Below, one piece after another: positions 36,661-49,801 of a DNA stretch of 64,000 nucleotides. Origin of the DNA: Chlorokybus atmophyticus (lineage: Eukaryota; Plantae; Mesostigma and Chlorokybus algae); NCBI GenBank assembly GCA_009103225.1, contig RHPI01002533.1, forward strand, positions 833,368 to 897,367, in the 5' to 3' direction. The notes under the pieces are model-generated. The model searched no databases and was not told the DNA's origin. It saw only the letters and a program-made list of their open reading frames with translations. Both the position numbers and the translations under genes were made by a program. The first letter of the stretch is position 1. Every line of letters starts with the position of its first letter.

Positions 36661-39600
36661 CTAAGCTGACATGCTGCTAGCCCAATTGGCCGCAGCCTGC
36701 TGGCGTAGCAGCTGCATGACACTGCTGTCGCCACCCGTTGTGGTGGTGCGCTTGCCCGCCGCCTCCACCTTCTCCTGCTCGAGCCTCTCCTTCAGTCTGG
36801 CCAGGGCAGAGGCAAAGCGCGGGAGAAGCTCTTCGACGGCGCCAGCCTGGAGAGTATAGTCCCGGCAGTAGTTGTTGTCAGCCTTGCGCAAGACACCCTT
36901 GAAGTGCTTCACCTCCGCGCGCCGCAGCAGCGTGAAGGCTCGCCCCGAGCGGCCTGCTCGCGCGGTGCGCCCCACGCGGTGCACGTAGGTCTTGGCGTAG
37001 ACAGGCACGTCGTAGTTGACCACGTTGGCGATGTCCTCCACGTCCATGCCACGCGTCATCGCGTCCGAGGCCACCAGCACCCTCGCGCGGCCCGACCGGA
37101 AGGCCTCCAATGCCGCCGACCGCTCCTTTTGAGTCTGCCGGCTGGAGAACTCCACCACTCTTGCAGGCAACCCGTCGAAGCAACTCAGCAGCGTGTAGAG
37201 CCTGTGCGTGGCGTCCACCGACGCCGTGAACACCAGCGTGGACTCCCTCTTGAGCTCATGCAGCAGCGCAATCAGATGCACAGGCTTCTGCTCCGCGGGA
37301 CACACCAGTTTGAACTCCAGCAGCTGCTTCGGCACCTTGTAGCGGTGGTCTGTTGCGCTCATGGCAATGTAAAGAGGCCTGTGCAGCTCCATCCTCATAA
37401 TCTTTGTCGGATCGCGGGTGAGCGTTGCTGACAACAGAAGCTTAACCACCCTCGGAAGAGCAACGCGCACGCCACGCTCCACACACCTAAGTGCCACAGA
37501 CCAGCACCTTTGATGTCATGCAGACAAAAGGCAACCACCACTCACACAACACAAGAGTGTCATAGAGACAAGTGCGCTTACAGAGCACAAGAGCTGACCT
37601 TTTGCGAATGGTGCATGGGTGCATGGAATCGCCCTCTTCAACAGCCCCACTGCTACCACTACTACTCGCTGCTATGACGCGTGGAAGCCAGTCTTGGTAT
37701 GCCTGAGGAAGCCCCATAAACAATGTTGAGTGCGCATATGCTTGGTGCACACCAACGTTCGCGCATTGCAACTCACCTGACGTAGCAGCCGGTCGGTCTC
37801 ATCAACCACCAGATAGCGCAGATGTTCGAGAGTAAAGCCTGGAGTCTCTTCAAGGTGCGACATGAGGCGCCCGGGAGTGGCGACCAGAATGTCTACAGCG
37901 CTTGCCATGCGCTCAGCGCGTGGATTGACATCATCACCATCATCAATAGAGTCATAGATCATATTATCTCTTTGCCGAACCACAAGCTCGCTGGCTTCCT
38001 GCGCAATGGAACTGCGGCCCACGACGAGCCCGACAGAAAGACCGACTGCTGGCGCTATTGCATCGAACACAGCTTTAACCTGTGGTGGGTATGCAAGTGC
38101 GTTAGTACAAGACCCAACAACTACCCGCCTCTTGTAGGACATGTGCATACACCAAGGCTGTCACCTGCAATGCCAGGTCTCGCGTCGGAAGCACTACCAG
38201 AGCACGGAGGCGACGCACTACGCGCTGCGACAACACCTGCAAAAAAGCCCGTCTTGTGGGTGCACATGTGGATGCATGCATGCGTACATGCATACATACA
38301 CAAAAAAAGACATACACACATACATTTGACAATGCGCAAGTGAGAGACTGTGTGCGCGCTACATCTGCAGCCCTAGCATACTAGTGTGGTGTTGAGGGAC
38401 ACACGATTGCGCTGCCGCACGCCTGAAGTGTTCCGCTACCTGCACAATGGGTAGGGCATATGACAGCGTCTTGCCGCTGCCGGTCGGCGCGCAGACGCAC
38501 AGGTCGCGCGCATCACCGCCTGCCCGCACGAGCTGCGACCACACAGCCTGCTGCACGGGGAAGAGTGCTGTGATACCCGAGGCCTCCAAAGCGCTGGCCA
38601 GCCTGCACCCATGCATGACGGAAACCGCGCGTGAGTGGCTTGAGGGCGAGAGAGAGGGGCTGGCAATATGCGCGATGCCAAGATTGCTTGCACAGGGACA
38701 GTGCAGGCAAGATGTGAGCTAGCTGCGGTTGTGTGGTGCGACCCCTTTGAAAAAACTCGCTGTTTTAACCTAGTGAATGCACGGCTCGAGTGTTCTTTTG
38801 ACAGCATCAGCACACCAGACATCCCTTCTGACTGGTAAACATCGAGTTACTACTTGTCCAGGAAAGGTGGTTTGCCCAGCCCTCCTCTGGCTGGCAGCAA
38901 GTGCTTGATTACATAACAATCTGTGGGATGCAAGCCAGACCTGCTGTCAATGCGTTGCATTTGAAGTGGTAGCTGTGCTGGGTATCGAATGACTGCGAGC
39001 TGTGCGTGCTATGCATGCGTTGTTGACTGTGACATGCTGCAGTTCTGCAAACGCTAAACCCTTCCTAGCCTCACAAGGCAACATCGTCCAAGTAAGTGCT
39101 CCTTGTCAACATGCTCCCAGCACATCCGCCATGCGCTGGCGTTGACACAACTACAAAGCCCTCCAACACGATTGAAAACACATGCTTTCTAGTCAAGCGA
39201 CCAACCGAATGCTTTGCACCAAAGAGTAAGCAAGCAGCAATGCAGGAGTGCGACATGCACATGCATGGCCTAATTGCAATGCCTCACCGTGGTTCAAGTC
39301 GAGGAACTTCGCCAAGTAGGGCGTCACCCCGCTCGGCGCCTATCTCCAGCGGCCGTCGCATCCACGCCAGCAGCGGCGGTCCTTTGGTGCTGGCGCCCTT
39401 GTCCACCACTTCTCCCAGAGCAGGCGGGGCGTAGCCCGGCCCCGCCGCCGCCACCACGGCGCCGGGTGCCAGGGCAGCCATGTCGCCGTCTTCGCCGTCT
39501 TGCATGGCTGCGTCGTCCTCGTCCATCCCGCCTCCTCCGCCACCTCCGCCTGCACGTCCTCCGCCGCCGCCGCTGGAGTGTAAACGCTGCCACGGCGGCG

Positions 39601-39766
39601 CCCTGCCGCGCAAAGCAGCGCGCGAACGCAGTGCGCGCGCCTTAGAGAGCTGCTGCTCGCTTGCTTGTGCTTTTCTGTAAGCATCTATAGTCTTCCTGTC
39701 TGAGACCCCAGTGAAGTCACAGGCCCCATGCTGCCCGCGCCTGCAGAGATTAGGCCCTACCAGCAT
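36661..39766 (-). CDS. DDX51: DEAD-box RNA helicase DDX51/Dbp6 (plant RH1) homologue
   Basis: Direct: LFPVQ (Q motif), [58 protein letters not shown]; family-typical LLAWMRRP and QAYQDWL. Start codon uncertain. Confidence 0.9.
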
Positions 39767-40763
39767 CCGTTGGCTACACCACTTTGCGGAGTACAATTCA
39801 AACCGCACTCCCAAACTGATGCTTGCAGCATGGCACAATGGTGTATGTCAAGCTGAATAGTGGTAGCCAGATGTATCGTGTTGCATGAGGACACATTGCC
39901 ACATGCTTCGTCTAACATGCGGCACTGTGGCCACAGGTCGGTTGCCTTCACGACTTGCTCTGCCCCTTGTCACCCTTGCCCTACCCGCCTTGCACTCACT
40001 TACTTGCACGCACTTAGTTTAGCTTAGCCCTTGGCCCCCACTTATTGTACTTGCTGAGTGCTATGCCTTGTGGTCTTGGGTGCGGTGCATGTGTGGGTTC
40101 ACTCTTGCATCAGTGACATTGGTCTGCCTATGCTTGCGCACACTACACACTCCATTACGTGCCAGAGGATGCCAGCGTCGGACTATCAGCTACTGCGTGC
40201 TAACTACTCTACTGCCCACCCCATGTGTACAAAAGAACCGGGAGAGGATTGACTGCGTGCAACGCATGCCCACACACAATAATACAGTACCGCCAGCAGC
40301 TGCATGCCACCAGCGCCACACACCAACATGCATGTTCATCACACATACGCACCTTCAACACGACGACCGCGCTCAACTATGCTAACTACGACTACCCTAC
40401 CCTGTGCGCATTATGTAATGCATCTGTGCTACTTCAGCCGTCTGCAAACGCATAGGGTGGTAGGAAACAAGTAAACTCGGCGTGCTTGTATATGATTAAC
40501 TGACATGTTAGGGACCGGACTATATGTGTACTTTGTACTGTTGTTGAGCTCTGGGATATCAGAATTATGCTAAGGTTTTCAGCATCCCTGAAACAAGGGC
40601 CAACACGATCACATACACCCCATGCATACAATCACCGCAATCTTTGAACACACTACTACCCGAGCACACCTAAAACAGACACAGCAAGCGTGTGCACGGT
40701 CTCTCGTTATGGTATGATCAGTACAAAGAAATTTCTGAAAGGCAAAGCACCGACAACTATGTG

Positions 40764-41993
40764 TCAAGCCTCCTCAGGTTGTCTTCGACTTCTGCTGCCT
40801 CTACCAGCCCAGTACCCATTCGTCCCTTTCTCTGCCATCTCCGCGCTACGCCGCTGAGCAAACCAACTCACAATGGTTCGTCTCGGCAGCCGTGTCAAGT
40901 CAGCCACCTGAGCAACAAGCTCATCCTGCAAGGTGACAGAATAGTCGTTCATCTTCTCAGCAAGCAAGAACACAACAGCCACAACAACAACAGCTGTGTA
41001 CGGCACTCACAGATGGGCGCTTTGCAGATTGGTACACACGCTCGAGGGTCGCTTCTGTCGTGGCGTTGAACTGCAACCGGCTCCGTTCGACGGCTGCAAA
41101 AGGGGATGCTTGCTCAAGTGCAGGCTCTGCTGCTGTGGCTAAATCTGAGGCTGCAGCGTCACTGCGCAGCGGAGAGCCATCAGTCGCTGCGTCTGTTGCA
41201 GGTGTGCTGGGCTGAGGCTGAATTCTGGCATTGGCTTTGAGCCAGTCGATAACTGCCCTCCGATCCACCTTCAGCTCTTTGCTGAGGACGTTTATCTGTT
41301 TGTATAAGAGCAAAGTCTGTGCCACTCAATTCAATGCTTGCAGCACCAAATAAAGGCATACGCACAGGAATGTGCCACAAGCGCACATACACGCACAACA
41401 AGCAGAGGGGTGAATGTAGCTTTAAACTCTTTAGTAAACACATTTCTCCTCAATGTACAACTGACTGCAAAATTCGATATCTTGATGACTGTGATGTGTG
41501 AGGTGAGACTACACCGTGACAATGTAGCAGCCCATGCCTGAACTTGGGATTGTGATTGTGCACTTACATCAACATGACGTCTGCCTTTGAGGGCCGCCAC
41601 ACTGAGCTTGCGGAGCTGCCAGCGTTCGAAGCTAACAGGCACCGCCTCCTTCTCCTCGCCGTCCTCCTCTTCGGCGTCCTCCTCCTCGGCGTCCTTCGCC
41701 TCCGGCTCCCTCGCGCTCCCGTCCCACTGCGTCGGAAACAGCTCCCGCCACCTGTTTTCCCCCGGCACGCCCTGCTGCTGCTTCCCTGCTGCTTCGGACG
41801 ACAACGTCACCGTCGCCGCCGGCCTGGACGATGACGACGACGACGACAACCAAGCAACCCTCGTAGCCGGAGCAGTGCCCAGCCATGGAGAGCGGTCCAG
41901 CGACCTCCCCCACAGCCCCACTGCAGGCGCTGACCCCCTGGCCTCCACGCAGCCCGGCCCCACGCCCACGCTCGCCGCCGCCGCCGCCGCCAT
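40764..41993 (-). CDS. OCP3: OCP3-like homeodomain protein
   Basis: Direct: FERWQLRKLSVAALKGRRH, LSKELKVDRRAVIDWL, ATLERVYQSAKRPS|DELVAQVADLTRLPRRTIVSWFAQRR match recalled OCP3 motifs. Confidence 0.8.
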
Positions 41994-42934
41994 GCTGTGT
42001 TACCCAACGCCGACAACGATTGCCACTGCCGACATTGTCGACGTCGGCGCGGGCACGGTAACACCGACAGTCGACTGCCAGTCCTAGTCGACGGTCGGTG
42101 CACTGCTATGCGTGTAATTGGCCGTGAGGGAAAAGATTCCATAGACCTGAGCGGCATGGAATCCAGCGTGTGACGTGGCATCCCAAAAGTGCATTGGGCT
42201 TGTCACCCGCAGCATATGCTCTGCCTGTCCTATGCTGTGCCCTGCTGCCCACACAGGCTGTGTGACACAGCAGTGCCTGTTGAGCAGCGAGAGAAGCTCT
42301 CACTGATGAAGCCGATCCCTTTCCGCCTATCTTGGGCGCTGGGATGGGTGTCCTAAGAGCCGCTTGTCAGCCGCAAAAGTCCACTTCGCACTTGTTAGCT
42401 GAAAAGTACTTATCAGGTTTATCAGCTTGGATGATGGTGAGAGAGTGCACTCAGGACCCAGGATACATCCGGACAAGAATATCCACTGGCGCAAGAATCT
42501 TGCGCCAGTGCAGTTGTTGAAAGTTAGAAATGGGCCGTTTGGTCAGACTGGGAGCTCAGCTCACCACACGAGGCAGGATGACTGCTTGACCTTATGTTCA
42601 GTAGGCTATGCTGTAGGTGATTCCAGCACCAAGAATCTAACGCTCAACCCAACCTTACCCACAACACAAAACAGCCATATTCTGCAACAGACAAACCGTG
42701 CGCTCGTCCGCTGGCCTGGTCTGGCCTGGTGCAGCCCGGCCTGGCCTGGGGCCGACCAGAACAGAGCCTACTCCGCGCAGAAAGACAGCACACAGCAGTT
42801 TGTGATGTCGTTGTTGTTCATACGCTTGCCCAATGCGCAACCAACTCTGGTTGAGCAACTAGTTTTACTGTAGTCCTCAGGCCGGCAGTGCAAGGCTAGA
42901 CTAGCAGTCAACAATCCAAGGCAAGCACACACAC

Positions 42935-45900
42935 ATGGGGGCCTCGGCTGCAGCACCGGGAGGGGGGGACCTGGTCTTCATCCGCGCCCACAGCTTTGAC
43001 GCCGCCTCTGCTGCTGCTGCTGCGACCGCTCAGCAGCGGGGCAATGAAACCAAGGACAGCTGTATGAGTGCCATCAGTAGCAGTAGTAGTGGTAGCAATA
43101 GCAGTGGTGGTTCAGCGCAGCAGCAGCAGCAGCAGCTGCGGCCCAGCCCCAGCTGCCCTGCGCTGCCTGGCTGGAGGGAGGAGGGGGAAGGGGAGCAGGG
43201 GCGGGAGGGTAATGAGGAGGAGAAGCAGGGGGAGGAGAATGCGCGCGCTCCATTGCTTCAGGTGAAACTGTTGCGCTGCAGTGCTTGTCTTGATGAAGTG
43301 CTTTTCGTACAAATATAACGCAAAATGCGCACGGTTCTGACTTGTCATGTGCACACAACAGACGCACGCGCATGCATGCTCTCGTGCAAACGCACACGCG
43401 CACGCGCGCATACACACACATATACACACGCGCGCGCACAGGTTCACGCGTGCATGTGCGCTTGCTGCTCGCACTGATCGCATAACACCAACCACCAATA
43501 TCGTACAACAGGTGGTGGAACAGTCCTCTTCACGATGCCGAAACAGTAGCAGCAGCAGCAGCAGCAGCAGTCTCAGCAGCAGTCCCAAGCTTCTCGGCCT
43601 CAGCAGCAGCGATGTCGATGGTGATAGCAGCGGTGGTTGGGCGGAGCGGGTGCGGGAGGTCGTGGCGCTGGCGGCTCCCGCGGCGGGGGCACTGCTGGTG
43701 GACCCCGTCATGAGCCTCACCGACACCGCCGTCGTCGGACGCTGCATAGGCTCCACTGGTGCGCAAGTCAGTTGTAACGAGTGCCTGTGACTGAACACAT
43801 CAACCCTATTGCTGCGGGCAACGCACGTGGGAGAGGGTTTAGGTGCTTCAGTTGAGCACTCAAACGTCCAGCACGCATGCTCACATCCATGCACACGCAT
43901 TCGCACACACATGCGAACAAACGCACACACCCACACACGCGTGCATGCACACGCATACACAGCCTGTCCTGAAATCATTACAATGTGCAACGATCACTGT
44001 AAGTCATCATTATTCACGAGTGGTGGCGTTTGTGACAATCTTCGTCAGGCAATGCACCTATAATCATCATAGTCTTTTTGCCGTAGGGCTGGCGGTGTTG
44101 GCGCCCAACGTGGCAGTCTTCAACCTTCTGCTTCTTGTTGGCAGCGTTCTTAATACGGCCACCAATGCCGGCGTCTCCCGTGCCCCCTCCCACAAGGCAA
44201 GCATACACACACATACACGGGCAGACACACATGCATGCAAACGCACACATGTACGTACACGCAGACATGTACAAGTTGCTGTTGGCATAGAGAGAGAGAG
44301 CTCACATCACATGCACAGGAAGCCTCAAAGACCCTCTCCCAAGGCCTCTACTTCGCCGCCTTCATCGGCATCATCGAGTGCGCGCTCGTGCAGTGTTTCC
44401 CGCACGCCGTCCTCGGGGAGTTCGGCCTCACGAGCCGCGACAGCGCTGACCTCCTCGCCCCCGCCGTCGCGTACCTGCGCATCCGCGCGCTGGCTGTCCC
44501 CGCTGCCGTGGCACTCCTCGTCTGCCAGGTAGGGGATTTGTGATGATGATTGTGGGTGGATGTGGGTGGGTGGGTGGGTGGGCGTGCGCGCCCAGGCACG
44601 TGCGTGTGCAAGTGAGGGTACTGTGCGTATGTGTCAAGCAGTCTATGCGTGGGTGCGCACGCACATGCACATGTGCCAGAAGCTAGATGCGCACACACAT
44701 GCGCGCGCACGCTCCTGCACATGTGCCAGAAGCTAGATGCGCATGCGTGTGTGTACCCATGTGTCTGTGAGTACATGTCATGTCGTGTGCGAATACATGA
44801 TGTATTCTCCTGTGTGTTGCAGGGTGCGTGTATAGGAAGGCAAGATTCAAGAACACCCATGATCGTCAATGTCGGGACAGGGTTGCTGAATCTGGTCCTG
44901 AACCTTGTGCTGGTGGTGGGATTGGGCACGGGCGTCGAGGGCTCGGCAACGGCCACATTGATTGCGGCGTATTCGGGCACGGGTGCAATGCTATGGACGC
45001 TTATCTCCCCTTCAGGCAAACACAAGTACGTGTGCACAGTCACATTGTTGTCTGTCGTGTACGCGTCCGCATTGACACAATTGCAGCACACACACACACA
45101 TACGCTTACAGGTTTCAGTTGGACTGGCGGTTGCCAAGGCACAGGGACGCAGCGCCGTTTGTGCGGGCGTCGGGGATGTTGTTCTTCGCATCCGCATGCA
45201 ACATGCTCGCGTGGACAGCCACCACACGCGCCGCTGTCGGCGCTGGGCAGACCGCTGCCGCCGCCCACCAAGTAAGGGAGCAACGTTGAGCGTGTCGTAT
45301 TGCATAACTATCACGTCCATGCCTTACATACCACTGATGATTGCTGTCTGTGCCCCTTGCCAGGTTGCACTGCAAATCTGGTGGATGCTGTCATATGTCT
45401 CGTACGCCCTTAACGTCACCGCGCAGTCCCTTGTCGGCCGCGACATTGCCAAGTATGCACATGCTGTAGCATACCAGCACACGCACGCACATGTGCGCAT
45501 GCTTGCACTGTCCAAGTCATTCCTCTATTTGGTCGCTCGCTTTTGTCTCCAACAGGAATCCCTGTCGCGTGCGTGCCACGCTGCACAGCCTTCTGCCTCT
45601 CTCAGCGGTGGCGGGCGCAGTCCTGGCCGTCGCGTGTGCGTTGCCCGCTTTCGCCTTCCCGCACGCCTTCTCCAAGGATGCCGCTGTTGTGGCCGCGCTG
45701 AGAGCGGTGGCCCCGTACGGCGCTGCAGCACAGGTGTGGGAGTGGGTATGGTGTGTTGTTTGTGTGTCAAACTGGATAGCAAGTCATCCACCCAACACAC
45801 ACTTCTGGGCAGGCGCTGTATGCGGTAGCGAGCGTGTTGGATGGCATGTTCATCGCGTTCGCGCAGCTGCCTTACATGGGCATGACCTCCTTCATCATGA

Positions 45901-46267
45901 CAGTAATGGCGGGAACGTACTTGCAGGTATGGTACATGACCACTCGTGCACAATGAGGTGGACACACACGCACTGAGGTCATTGTTGTTATGAAATCAAC
46001 CCAACCCAATGCATAACCGCTGTGCAGGTAGTGAGCCATAGGGGTGGGGACTTGGTGGAGGTGTGGCGCGCGATGGTGCTGATACCGGGCGTGCGTTTGT
46101 GCATGCACGCGACGCGCCTCGCCACTTCTCGGCAGTCCGTCTTCCGTCTCGCAGCGGACCTCGAGCGCACGAGCAGCAAAGACGCCGCTCACGAGTATAG
46201 TGCTGTTGACACGGGAGACTACCACTACGCCGAACCCGTTTACGTGCGTGAGCAACACACACACTGA
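42935..46267 (+). CDS. MATE/DTX efflux transporter (DinF/FRD3-like subfamily)
   Basis: Direct: LAAPAAGALLVDPVMSLTDTAVVG, AYLRIRALAVP, GACIGRQDSRTP, GVEGSATATL, AAAHQ|VALQIWW, LNVTAQSLVG; long low-complexity N-terminal extension. Confidence 0.9.
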
Positions 46268-47316
46268 GAGGGGGGATGTTGCTGTTTTTGGGTGACAATG
46301 AAAGGACTTGTGTGTTTGCAGGAAGTGGAGCTTGGTAAGAGTCTTGAAGGGAGAAAACTGGAGGTTAGCAAGGCAAGCGAAAGCTTGCCGCTGTAGTGTG
46401 CAGTGGATTGCTTTGTAGACATGATCAGCGTTCTGTCCAGAGGTATTGCGGATGAGGTTTTTGGTTGTGCATTTTTTGCCTCAGCGCTAGGGTTAGCTGG
46501 TAGCTGGTAGCAGAACTACATTGCGCGCGCAGTTACTACCAACTTCGATGTCAAGGCTTGAAGAAGCTTGTGACAAGGAGCCGATCATCAATGCATAGTA
46601 GGGCACATGCATCGTAGCATGGTTGATTACGAGCTTAGGGGTGAGCTTGCAAAACTCTGGTGCAAGCTTACTCAGAGGTGCAAATTTTCTATTGCAAGGG
46701 ATATTGAAGCTATGCACCAACTCGAATAAAGGCATGGCCACGCAAACCACTTGCCCACTGTGTTTTGTTATGTAGCTGCAGCTCATGATGTGACACAATC
46801 AATGACAAAGCATACCACAGCTTGGGTGAACTCAATGCTGCTTGAACGTACTGTGGGCCCTAGAAGGGGACACTGCGTCAGCCATCTGCCATAGGTCGAC
46901 CAAGTACAACCTGCATACATAGCAATGAGCGGGTTGGGAATGCCAGAGAGACAACATGGTGGTTGTCTTCCTAAAGCACAACCAACATGCATAGTATAAC
47001 ATAAGTACACTTAGCGAAACTATAGACACAGCTGCCAGATGCTTCTGTGCTTCACCAGATCGTGACTGTTATACATCTGCAGTCAGCAGTGGCTCATTCC
47101 GTGCGCTCAGCAACAAGGATTGCTAAATTAATTGCCGGTTGCCACCAATGGGTAGTCTACAAACGTCTACCCGTCAACCCCACCATACTTGACATAAATC
47201 ATGCAAGGGGTGGCAGACCACCAAAGCGAAGACTAGTACAACAGAAATACGCTAATAGGCATGGAGTGAGAGGAGTGCCTACCATGAGAGCCGTTGCTAG
47301 GCAAGCTAGCGCGTGA

Positions 47317-48762
47317 CTAGTGCGCGTCGCCACTGTTGTGTTGCGTTGAGTGGTGATGGTGGCGTCCGTGTGAGGCGTGCGAGGCGTGCGTGGCCCAAAC
47401 CGACAGCGAGAAAGCTGCCGAGGACAGCAGAGTGGACCCGCTGGCAAATATTAGGTGCAGTGGCTCTGTCAAAACCATCTTCTTACTTTGCTGGAAGAAG
47501 TTGACCAGCATGATCCTACAAACAACACAGACACGATGAGCACGTATGCGCGTCATTGCAAGCAAGCTGCGTAGCAAGTAATGATGCGCTTACATGACAA
47601 TGACTTGACCGAGCTTCAGTTTCAGATCGTCAAGGCTTTCAATACGCAGCCACCGAGGCTTGGTATCAAGAGAGAATCTGCTGTTGCTGCTGGAATTGAG
47701 CTTGGCCGCGGGGTCAATCTTGCTGATAAACAGCTCATATGTTCCCATCCCGAATATAAGCAAGACTGTGCCTGTACTGCAAAGGCCAGCACAGTGAGTT
47801 GCAAAGGCCAAGAATAGCGCAAGGCCGCATGGACATCGATATGACTGTGCCGTGCCACCCCGGACAGTTTGCGCTTACAGGTAGTTGTCAATGGCTTCAA
47901 TGCATTTGAACGTCAACTCGTGCGCGTTGCCTCGGATGAACATTGTCATCGACCTGTAAGCATGATGAGTGACTGGCTATGACCAATGCAATGAGACAGC
48001 AGTTGCACAGACTTACTTCCAAACTTCGTAGCTGCCTTTTAGGAACATCATCGCTGACACGGCAACTGACCCAAGCACGGCAGCCAGAACAAAAAACCGA
48101 CACTGCAACAGCGCTCCTTAGTCCCAACCTCAACATATGTTGCAAGATAGAAGTGCTCTATCACCACAATGGCATGCAATGCTACACCATCACTCATACC
48201 GAGAACAATGCGGTTTCAAACCACTCTTCAAAGGAGTCGACAGGCCCCGCCTCTTCCCCAGCTGTCTCAATTTGTCCAAGTGTGGACGGCACGTTTGGCA
48301 CGGTCGACGAGCGTGACACTATGGCCGATACGGCCACCGTTGTGACGGCCGCCAGGAGCACGGGAGACGTGTACCAACTTCCCCTGTCGCGCCTCTGCTG
48401 ACCGTCATGCGAGCCATCACCGCCACCATGACCACCACCACCGTGACCGTCACCACCCCGACCCTCACCACCACTGCCTCTACCTGTGCAATAAACATGA
48501 GCTTGCTAACATCAACCGAACATAAAAGTCCATATATCAATATAAACCTACCTCCGGTGTCCAACAATGCTCCGCTTGCTGAGCAGGCCAGCCTGCTGTC
48601 TGCTCGCGAGCGGCTGCAATACTGTTGTGCTGGGGAACAAGCGAATGCGCGTAACTTTGTGTGAACTGGCGTGCAAATGCTTGGTGTCGGTCGCAACAAG
48701 GAAAGTGGGGTTGATGTGCGCTTGAAGGAGGCGTTCCTGTTGCTGCTCTCTGTAAAATGCAT
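47317..48762 (-). CDS. UPF0114-family membrane protein with transit-peptide-like N-terminus
   Basis: Direct: FETALFS|CRFFVLAAVLGSVAVSAMMFLKG, GTVLLIFGMGTYELFISKID, ESLDDLKLKLGQVIVM|ILLVNFFQ; Gly-rich linker exon. Start uncertain. Confidence 0.8.
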
Positions 48763-49801
48763 GCAACATGCTCTTGGCCCAGGTGCTTGCAGGATGGCAT
48801 TTAGCTGGAGTGGATTCCACGTGCGCCTGACAAGGACACGCTAATCAACACTTGATAATCAACAATGAATTGTCAACCTGTTAACGAGTGGCCAATGCTT
48901 GCGCATGCTTGCCAACGCTTTCCTCGTGTGTAAGCATGCACAGTGAGCTGTCCACACCTGCTGTGTACGCTAGTTCCAGTGGCGAGGCCAGCAGAATGCA
49001 TGGCGCAGTGGAAAGCCATTCTTCTCAGCCTTTATGACGACGCATCTGTTCAACGGAGCGCAAATTAACATCACAATTAGCAAACAGCTGGTGCTCTGCT
49101 GGCGCATTGTGAGTTGGCAACAGCGAGCTGAGACAGCGAGTACGATGTGCTAAGCAGCTGCTGTTCATTAGACATTTTACGCAAATGCCAACCAGCTATT
49201 CTTGCTAGCTCGGTGCAGGGTGTTTGTTCAATTTGCAAGTTGGCTGGGCCGAAAATTAAGGAGGCATGATCAATCAAAGTAGAGCAGTAAGCCCATTGTG
49301 CACGCTGGGGAAAGAGTTTCCATACCAGCAGCAAGGTGGCAGTCAAAAAGACACCGGCGTCCAAAAGCTGGGACCTCAACACCCCCCCCGCCGCATGACT
49401 GACCTCGCCGGCATCTGCAGAGACGACCCCGCCAACGACGACAACGTCAAGCACGACGCAGCCTTGCTGCAGTCTGCAAGTAAGTTACTGGAGGCGTTTG
49501 CAAAACCGCAATGCAAGAATTTTTAGCGAACGTTTGTGCTGCTTGACGACAAGGGTTGGGTGTAAGCATACACAGCTATAAGCATACAGGTACTGTATCT
49601 CAGTCACCCTCGTCCGGTGGCGTCATTAGGGTTGGCGGCGGCAGAGGCGGCGGCGGCGGTGGCGGTGGTGGTGGAGGTCATTGCGCCGGCTGACGTCGTG
49701 ATTGGGGAACGTGGGGTGGGTTGCAGGGATGGAGAAGAAGAGGAAGGCAAAGAGACAGCTGAAGGGCAGCGACCCTGTGGCAGCTGCAGTCGGAGCGGAT
49801 G

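Noticed and set aside
38630-39280. snoRNA in the long DDX51 intron
   Set aside because: An H-box-like AGAGGA between hairpins was seen, but there is no correctly placed ACA box.
2500-45330. Many long ORFs rich in C/V/A/R/H/T in the ORF track
   Set aside because: They are translations of GT/CA/GC microsatellite introns or antisense frames of GC-rich exons.
49077-49680. Separate minus-strand gene between UPF0114 and SURF6
   Set aside because: Splice-like signals are present but no frame gives a recognisable protein; it may be the UPF0114 5' leader.
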